From Candidatus Magasanikiibacteriota bacterium (GTDB lineage: Bacteria > Patescibacteriota > Patescibacteriia > Magasanikbacterales > GWA2-37-8): DNA of 64,000 bases. The DNA is taken from positions 48,571-112,570 of the forward strand of contig JAHFHZ010000001.1 in assembly GCA_023246715.1 (NCBI GenBank), given 5' to 3'. Of the stretch, positions 58,198 to 64,000 are shown one piece after another. The position numbers and the translations under genes were made by a program. How positions within the stretch are numbered: position 1 is the first letter of the stretch; each line of letters begins with the position of its first letter. The notes under the pieces are model-generated. The model did not search any database and had not been told where the DNA came from. It worked only from the letters and a program-made list of their open reading frames with translations.

Positions 58198-60504
58198 ATG
58201 TTATTCGAACAGCTTAATCAGGGTTCGTGCCGGGCATATTTGATTGGCGACGAAAAGTCACGCCAAGCTATTTTGATTGATCCTCGACTGGAATTTGTGC
58301 CGAACTATCTTGTTTATTTGGAAAAAAATGGGCTAAAACTTACTCATGTCATTGATACACACACCCACGCCGACCATATTTCGGGGGCGACGCTCCTGGC
58401 TAAAGAAAATGGCGCCAGCTATTTAATGCATCGCGCTTCACCGGTGAGTACGCTCGCGGAGCGAATTGAAGATGGTTTTACCCTTGAGCTGGGCCAGATT
58501 AAAGTGTCGGCGCTCTATACCCCGGGGCACAGTAAAGATTCCGTGTCCATTTTGGTGCCGGGAAAAATTTTAACGGGTGATGCTTTATTTTTAGATGACG
58601 GCGGCGCGGGCCGCGATGACTTATACGGTGGTGATTCAGGCGAACATTGGGAAAGCTTGCAGCGTTTGGGCGCGCTCGATGAACGATTGTTGGTTTTGCC
58701 AGGCCACGAGTATCGCGGGTACGCGCCTTCGACCCTGGCCCAACAAAAACGAACTAATCCAATGTTGCGTTACGAAAATAAACAATCATATGTTGATTTT
58801 ACTCATAACACTTTGTATGGCGCGGCTGACTGGATGAAACCGATTGTGGCGGCCAACATCGCGGGTGTAACCGAAGCCTTGGCAGAGCCGCTGGGAGCAG
58901 ACACGGCTTGTGAAGTCATGGCTTGCGAACCAATGAGCCCGTGCGAGCCTGTTAAGGGAGCTGTCAGTTTTGCGGGCGCGGTATTGAGTGTGCCCCAGCT
59001 GCTCGAGAAATTAAACAGCACCGAGCCGCCAATAGTATTAGACGTGCGGGAAGAACACGAATTGTTAGGGGAGCTGGGTAGACTGGATAATATTATTCAC
59101 ATTCCCGTTGGTGAATTGACGGCGCGTTTGAGTGAACTTGTTGAATACAAACACCGCGAATTGATCGTGGTTTGCCGCACCAGCAACCGATCACTTAAAG
59201 CAGGGGGTATACTCTCTCGCGCTGGATTTATCAAGGTGGGGGTTTTAGCCGGTGGCATGCATGCGTATCGAGGGGTGGAAAATTCATCCTCGTGGATGGT
59301 TGATCAACCAATTTATTTGGATCACGCCGCAACGACATACCTTGATCCGCGGGTGAAAGCCGTAATGGAACCTTTTTGGGAAACTGATTTTGGTAATCCT
59401 TCAAGCACTTACAGTCTTGGTCGCCGCTCCAACGATTCTGTTGAAACCGCGCGGGCCAGAATTGCTGAATTGCTTAAGGTCGAAGCACAGGAAATTATTT
59501 TTACCGCTGGGGGAACAGAAAGCATTAATTTGGCTATTTTTGGAGTAGTCGAAAGACTTATTGCGCAGGATTCTAAACCTCATATTATTACCTCTGCCAT
59601 TGAACATAGCGCGGTACTTAAAAGTGTTGAAGCGCTGCAACGCCGGGGGTGCGCGGTGACGATTTTGTCGGTTGACCGGGAAGGATTTATTGATTTGCGG
59701 CAACTCGAGCAGGCAATTACCCCGGCGACGACTTTGGTATCAATTATGTATGCTAATAACGAGATTGGCACTGTTCAACCAATCGCGCAGATTGGAAAAT
59801 TATTACGTAAAATAAACGAAACACGTGAACCGAAAAAATTACCCCGTATTTTATTTCATAGTGATGCTTGTCAGGGAGCCGGCGCTTTGAGTATTGATGT
59901 GCAAAAACTTGGCGTTGATTTATTGACAATTAATGGAAGCAAGCTCTACGGGCCTAAGCAGACCGGCTTATTGTATTGCCGAACGGGAGTAGCTCTGACG
60001 CCGATTATATATGGTGGTGGCCAGGAGCATAGTTTAAGAAGTGGAACGGAAAACGTCCCGGGCATTGTTGGTTTGGCAAAAGCTCTGGAGCTTGCCCAAC
60101 AAGAAAGCGAGGCGGAAAACTATCGTTTGCGTGAACTGCGCCAGTTCGGGTTTGATTGGCTAAAGAAGGAAGTCCCCGAGATGTTGGTGAACGGCGCAGA
60201 GGAAGACTCTGCGTCTGAGCTCCGGCGGTTACCAAATAATATTAATGTTTCTTTTCTAGGGGTTAATGGTGAAAATTTGCTGGTGTATTTAGACCGGCAT
60301 GGTATCTGCGTTTCAACTGGCAGCGCTTGTTCGGCAAAGCATACTGGAGCGTCGCATGTGTTAACCGCTATTGCCTGCCCGCCTGATTATATTAATGGCA
60401 GTTTGCGTATCACGCTTGGTAAAAGGACCAACAAAAACCAATTACAAAAAGCACTTATGGTTGTCGCAGACGGCGTTCGGCGGCAACGAGAAAAGCGAGT
60501 TTAA
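58198..60504 (+). CDS. Tri-domain fusion: MBL-fold persulfide dioxygenase/glyoxalase II-like + rhodanese + class V cysteine desulfurase (NifS/IscS-like)
   Basis: DTHTHADH, TPGHS, TGDALF (MBL); CRTSNRS (rhodanese Cys loop); IYLDHAATTYLDP...SGTENV and a 768-aa length (desulfurase). Confidence 0.75.
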   Translation: MLFEQLNQGSCRAYLIGDEKSRQAILIDPRLEFVPNYLVYLEKNGLKLTHVIDTHTHADHISGATLLAKENGASYLMHRASPVSTLAERIEDGFTLELGQIKVSALYTPGHSKDSVSILVPGKILTGDALFLDDGGAGRDDLYGGDSGEHWESLQRLGALDERLLVLPGHEYRGYAPSTLAQQKRTNPMLRYENKQSYVDFTHNTLYGAADWMKPIVAANIAGVTEALAEPLGADTACEVMACEPMSPCEPVKGAVSFAGAVLSVPQLLEKLNSTEPPIVLDVREEHELLGELGRLDNIIHIPVGELTARLSELVEYKHRELIVVCRTSNRSLKAGGILSRAGFIKVGVLAGGMHAYRGVENSSSWMVDQPIYLDHAATTYLDPRVKAVMEPFWETDFGNPSSTYSLGRRSNDSVETARARIAELLKVEAQEIIFTAGGTESINLAIFGVVERLIAQDSKPHIITSAIEHSAVLKSVEALQRRGCAVTILSVDREGFIDLRQLEQAITPATTLVSIMYANNEIGTVQPIAQIGKLLRKINETREPKKLPRILFHSDACQGAGALSIDVQKLGVDLLTINGSKLYGPKQTGLLYCRTGVALTPIIYGGGQEHSLRSGTENVPGIVGLAKALELAQQESEAENYRLRELRQFGFDWLKKEVPEMLVNGAEEDSASELRRLPNNINVSFLGVNGENLLVYLDRHGICVSTGSACSAKHTGASHVLTAIACPPDYINGSLRITLGKRTNKNQLQKALMVVADGVRRQREKRV

Positions 60505-60515
60505 TTTTTTCTAAA

Positions 60516-60552
60516 TAAAAAAGAGCTGGTTATTTTCAGCTTCTTTTTTTAT
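60516..60552. terminator. Bidirectional rho-independent terminator candidate (A-tract, imperfect GAGCTG/CAGCTtC stem, T-tract) between convergent genes
   Basis: Sequence aaaaaagagctggttattttcagcttcttttttt. Confidence 0.4.
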
Positions 60553-60746
60553 TTTCCACGCGTATTAGCAGCCGAAGCCAGCGCGAGCAGCATGGACGCC
60601 ACGGCCAGAACCGGGTGCCATGGTCCCACGCCGTTGAGCCATTCAAGGATGTCGCCGCCGCTGATCAGCATCCAGCCGAACCAACCAGCTAGGACGAGTC
60701 CGCCAGCTAGTCGGAGGACCTGTAGTAGTGCTGTGCTTTTTTTCAT
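60549..60746 (-). CDS. Small hypothetical membrane protein (65 aa, 2 TM)
   Basis: Hydrophobic ORF flanked by a terminator and an upstream intergenic region. No homology recognised. Confidence 0.3.
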   Translation of the reverse strand: MKKSTALLQVLRLAGGLVLAGWFGWMLISGGDILEWLNGVGPWHPVLAVASMLLALASAANTRGK

Positions 60747-60794
60747 TGTCGAAGGTCTCCTTTTTTGAGGATTTCATATCATATTTTATCGCTC

Positions 60795-60823
60795 TTGTCA
60801 ATATTTTTGGCTTAGGTTAAACT
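60795..60823 (+). promoter_or_regulatory. Sigma-70-like promoter candidate: TTGTCA-N17-TAAACT upstream of the second neuB-like gene
   Basis: Read from the sequence, in a 136-bp AT-rich gap. Confidence 0.3.
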
Positions 60824-60882
60824 AATTCTTGGCGTTATATTGATGGTAGGGTTATATTAATTTCATTAAGTGGATAATTAGC

Positions 60883-61968
60883 ATGAAGTCTTTCTGTATT
60901 CCTACTCCTCAGGGCGGTTTGCGCCACATTGGGCCAGGCCAGCCCTGTTTTATTATCGCCGAAATGTCCGGAAATCATCACCATGATTATGATAAAGCCG
61001 TAGAAATTATTAAAGCGGCCAAGGCGGCTGGCGCCGACGCGATTAAAATTCAGACCTACACCCCGGATACTATGACGATTGATTGCGATAAGCCGTGGTT
61101 TATGGTGAAAGGCAAAGATCAGCCCGAATTGTGGCAGGGGCAGAAGCTCTATGATTTATACCAGACTGCTTATACGCCGTGGGAATGGGACGCTAAACTG
61201 CAGAAAGTCGCGGAAGCCGAAGGATTGATTTTTTTCTCCACCCCGTTCGATCCGTCCGCGGTTGATTTTTTGGAACCGCTTAATCCACCTTGTTATAAAA
61301 TTTCTTCGTACGAAGCAACCGACTTTACCCTGCTCCGACGCGTGGCGCAGACCGGCAAGCCGGTTATACTGTCGGTTGGATTCGCGGAGCGTGACGAGGT
61401 TGATTTTGCAATTGAAACCCTCCGTAAATATGGCGCGAAGGATATTGGCATTCTGCACTGCGTCACCGCCTATTCGGACAAGCCCGAAATTGATGAAACG
61501 AATATGCTGACAATGCTTGATATCCGCGACCGCTACGACGTGGTGTGCGGTTTTTCGGATAATAACGCCGGAATTGAAATTCCGACTGTAGCCGCCATGG
61601 CGGGAGCTTCGATTGTTGAAAAGCATTTTATGATTGAGCGCCAGGAAGGCGGGCCGGACGCGCGGTTTTCGATTGAACCCAGTGAGTTTGAAAAAATGGT
61701 CCAAAGCATTCGACGCGCGGAGCGAATTATGGGAAAGGTTAATTACGGCTGCCAGAGTGATAAGGAACGGGAAAATACTTTTTTTCGCCGATCGTTGTTT
61801 GTGGTGGAGGATATTAAAAAAGGAGAAAAGTTTACCTCGCGTAACGTACGCTCAATCCGGCCTTCCAAGGGGATGGAGACTAAGTACTATGATGAGGTGA
61901 TTGGCCAAAGCGCGGCAGAGGATATTGAACGCGGCACGCCATTTGTTTGGGAGTTGATTCAAAAATAG
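60883..61968 (+). CDS. NeuB/PseI/LegI-family nonulosonic acid synthase (second copy)
   Basis: CFIIAEMSGNHHHDYDKAVEIIKAAKAAGADAIKIQ; C-terminal SAF domain (...GEKFTSRNVRSIRP). Confidence 0.8.
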   Translation: MKSFCIPTPQGGLRHIGPGQPCFIIAEMSGNHHHDYDKAVEIIKAAKAAGADAIKIQTYTPDTMTIDCDKPWFMVKGKDQPELWQGQKLYDLYQTAYTPWEWDAKLQKVAEAEGLIFFSTPFDPSAVDFLEPLNPPCYKISSYEATDFTLLRRVAQTGKPVILSVGFAERDEVDFAIETLRKYGAKDIGILHCVTAYSDKPEIDETNMLTMLDIRDRYDVVCGFSDNNAGIEIPTVAAMAGASIVEKHFMIERQEGGPDARFSIEPSEFEKMVQSIRRAERIMGKVNYGCQSDKERENTFFRRSLFVVEDIKKGEKFTSRNVRSIRPSKGMETKYYDEVIGQSAAEDIERGTPFVWELIQK

Positions 61969-61969
61969 T

Positions 61970-62725
61970 ATGCTTCGGTACGGCCTTAAGCTATGGACTC
62001 AGAATCATGAATTGTTCGGCGAGGCGGCTGGCTTGGTGGCGGGTAAACGCTTTGACGCAATTGAATTGTACAATAATCCAAAAGTGCCTCTGGATTTTGT
62101 GGAGCTGGCTACATTACAGGGAATTGTGGCGAGCATTCATAACCCCCACAGCCATGGTTGGCATGAATTTTTCCTTCAGAATGATGAGCAAGCCGAGCAG
62201 TGGAAGCAAACACAGCAACTGGCTGATTTTTTTGGAGCGCAGCAGATTATAGTTCACCCCTCCCGGGGCCACGCGCTGCCTGATTTATTTGTTAATTTGG
62301 AAAAAATTCATGATCAGCGGATTATTGTTGAAAATATGGCTGGCTGCGATATTGATAACCAACCAATGCGCGCGGGCCAAACTCTTGAGGATTTGGAGGT
62401 AATTCGAAAACACTACGCAATTTGTTTTGATTTAGAAAAAGCCGTGAAAGCCGCAGTATTCCAGGGGCTTGATTATCGAAATTATATAACTAAGGCGATT
62501 GCCAGCTTGCAGCCGGATTATTTTCAATTATCTGGTGGAGATAAAGACAGTCCGATAGATGAACATCAGAATTTGTGGAAAGCAAATTTTGATATTGCCT
62601 GGATTAAGCAGCAATTAGTGCGCGAAGCTCTTAACCGTGATATTCTGCTGGTGCTCGAGACGCCAAAGGCGGGTAGCACGCTCGAGAATGACTGCAAGAA
62701 TCTGGAGTTTTTTAAGTCGGTATAA
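61970..62725 (+). CDS. Xylose-isomerase-like TIM-barrel protein (sugar phosphate isomerase/epimerase family); weak call
   Basis: DAIELY, IIVHPS and LLVLETP blocks resemble the AP_endonuc_2/TIM family. Confidence 0.35.
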   Translation: MLRYGLKLWTQNHELFGEAAGLVAGKRFDAIELYNNPKVPLDFVELATLQGIVASIHNPHSHGWHEFFLQNDEQAEQWKQTQQLADFFGAQQIIVHPSRGHALPDLFVNLEKIHDQRIIVENMAGCDIDNQPMRAGQTLEDLEVIRKHYAICFDLEKAVKAAVFQGLDYRNYITKAIASLQPDYFQLSGGDKDSPIDEHQNLWKANFDIAWIKQQLVREALNRDILLVLETPKAGSTLENDCKNLEFFKSV

Positions 62726-62737
62726 ATTTTTTATAGG

Positions 62738-63172
62738 TTGCTTTTTATGCAAGGAATCAGCGTTCAAAAAATTTTGGCGGTCGGCGGATCTGACGCGCGT
62801 GGGGAAACACGCGAATTATTTAAAGGTAAGCCTGGTTTGCAAGTAACTTTGTATCATCGGCACGTCGGAGCAATATTTGCTGAACATTTTCATAAGGGGC
62901 TTGACCCATCCAAGGATCCGGAATATTTTTTTCTGATTAGCGGCCAGGTGGAAGTAGAAGCTGTTAATGGTATTACTCAGGAACGCACTGTTTTTAGCGT
63001 AAACGCCAATGAATTGGTAACGATCGAAAAAAATATTTTTCATCGATTTAGAGCCTTGACCGAGGCGGTATTTCTGGAATATCGTACCACGGTGTTTGAT
63101 TCGAGCAATGCCGATTGTTTTTCGGAAGCTGAATACCAGCCATATATTGATAGTTTAAAAATAATTAGCTAG
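62738..63172 (+). CDS. Cupin-fold WxcM/FdtA-like sugar 3,4-ketoisomerase candidate
   Basis: About 140 aa. HRHVGAIFAEHFHKG resembles the RGxHAH(K) metal/His motif of FdtA/QdtA. Confidence 0.45.
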   Translation: MLFMQGISVQKILAVGGSDARGETRELFKGKPGLQVTLYHRHVGAIFAEHFHKGLDPSKDPEYFFLISGQVEVEAVNGITQERTVFSVNANELVTIEKNIFHRFRALTEAVFLEYRTTVFDSSNADCFSEAEYQPYIDSLKIIS

Positions 63173-63186
63173 GGAGTTTGTTTACT

Positions 63187-64000
63187 ATGCCAAAGAATTC
63201 TCGTTTTTCAGCTCTGCTCAATAAGCGCCACAGCCTTATTCCCGGCGCGGCGCATACCTACTCTAAAGGTGATGATCAATTCCCACGGACTGCTCCGCCA
63301 GCGATTGTGCGCGGTAAGGGTGCGTACGTTTGGGGAACAGACGGAAAGAAATATTTGGATTGGTGCATGGGATTGCGCTCGGTGCTTTTGGGTCATGCGT
63401 ATGAACCGGTTAACCGCGCGGTGGCCAAGCAAATGAGCCTGGGGACTAATTTTGGCCGCCCCGCGATGATTGAATTTGAGTTTGCCAATGAATTGGTAAA
63501 AATGTTGCCGAACACCGACATGGTGAAGTTTGCCAAGAATGGTTCCACGGTTACCACGGCCGCTACCAAGCTCGCGCGAGCGTTTACTGGGCGCAAATAT
63601 ATTGTGGTTTGCTCGAGCCAGCCTTTTTTTAGCTATGATGATTGGTTCGTGGGCACCACGCAATCGCCAGCGGGGATCCCCGAAGAAGTCCGCAAATTGA
63701 CCCTGACGTTCGCGTATAACGATATTGCCAGCCTGGAGCGTGTTTTTGCCGAACATCAAAACGAAATCGCCTGCGTGATTTTGGAAGTTATGGCCGGCGA
63801 CGAACCCAAGGATAATTTTTTGCAGAAGGTAGAGGCGCTCACGCATCGCGAAGGCGCGCTGTTGATTATTGACGAGATGATTACCGGGTTTCGCTATGGA
63901 TTCCCGGCTTTGCATGACCGTTATGGGCTTAAGCCGGATCTAACTACCTATGGAAAGGGGATCGCCAACGGGTATTCGTTGGCAATTTTGGCCGGGCGCA
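63187..64000 (+). CDS. Class III PLP aminotransferase (glutamate-1-semialdehyde aminomutase-like). The 3' end is truncated by the window edge.
   Basis: The frame is open from ATG 63187 to the window end. GAAHTYSKGDDQFP, DEMITGFR and TYGKG (PLP Lys) are present. The listed minus ORF 63208..63915 is its antisense shadow. Confidence 0.75.
   Translation, partial: MPKNSRFSALLNKRHSLIPGAAHTYSKGDDQFPRTAPPAIVRGKGAYVWGTDGKKYLDWCMGLRSVLLGHAYEPVNRAVAKQMSLGTNFGRPAMIEFEFANELVKMLPNTDMVKFAKNGSTVTTAATKLARAFTGRKYIVVCSSQPFFSYDDWFVGTTQSPAGIPEEVRKLTLTFAYNDIASLERVFAEHQNEIACVILEVMAGDEPKDNFLQKVEALTHREGALLIIDEMITGFRYGFPALHDRYGLKPDLTTYGKGIANGYSLAILAGR

Noticed and set aside
63208-63915. 235-aa minus-strand ORF
   Set aside because: It is the antisense shadow of a well-supported class-III aminotransferase that reads from 63187 to the window end on the plus strand, with the PLP-Lys motif TYGKG. 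The plus-strand ORF is missing from the track only because it has no stop inside the window.
1-64000. Defence island, prophage or CRISPR content
   Set aside because: No direct-repeat arrays, integrase, transposase, nuclease/helicase or toxin-like genes were recognised. The gene content is uniformly glycan biosynthesis.

Overview
The window is almost entirely a large, plus-strand-dominated glycan biosynthesis and decoration locus from a bacterium of roughly 45-50% GC. There are no rRNA genes, tRNA genes, CRISPR arrays or obvious mobile elements. All calls rest on motifs I read in the six-frame translations; no database search was run.

Contents, in order:
1. Deoxyhexose nucleotide-sugar genes: a partial UDP-xylose synthase, Gmd, an Fcl/ColC-like reductase, a CDP-glucose 4,6-dehydratase-like SDR, and a DegT-family protein carrying a Lys->His substitution typical of sugar 3-dehydratases.
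2. About eight GT4-type and five DPM1-like GT2 glycosyltransferases. Four of the GT2 genes sit next to multi-pass ArnT/PMT-like GT-C membrane proteins, forming lipid-phospho-sugar cassettes.
3. A Wzx-like flippase, two AsnB-type amidotransferases and two methyltransferases, plus a GT2-methyltransferase fusion.
4. A contiguous acyl-carrier-protein cassette (AcpS, FkbH-like loader, ACP, MaoC dehydratase, SDR reductase, MBOAT, DltD/AlgJ-like protein). It looks like a Dlt-style system for putting a tailored acyl group on an extracytoplasmic glycan.
5. A nonulosonic acid (pseudaminic/legionaminic-type) pathway: PseB, an RmlD-like reductase, a sugar N-formyltransferase, an LmbE deacetylase, a NodU/CmcH carbamoyltransferase, a GNAT, a Gfo/Idh/MocA oxidoreductase, a CMP-sugar synthetase, a partial class-III aminotransferase and an FdtA-like cupin.
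6. Two tandem modules of N-acetyl-sugar amidotransferase (PP-loop) + HisH-like + HisF-like + NeuB-like synthase, which are the known acetamidino-forming enzymes. An unusual tri-domain fusion (persulfide-dioxygenase-like MBL / rhodanese / cysteine desulfurase) sits between them.
7. A nested palindromic element resembling the ATTCCC-N8-GGGAAT repeat class, in the only large divergent intergenic region.

The most novel candidates are the ACP/MBOAT glycan-acylation cassette and the duplicated amidotransferase modules coupled to the sulfur-mobilising fusion protein.
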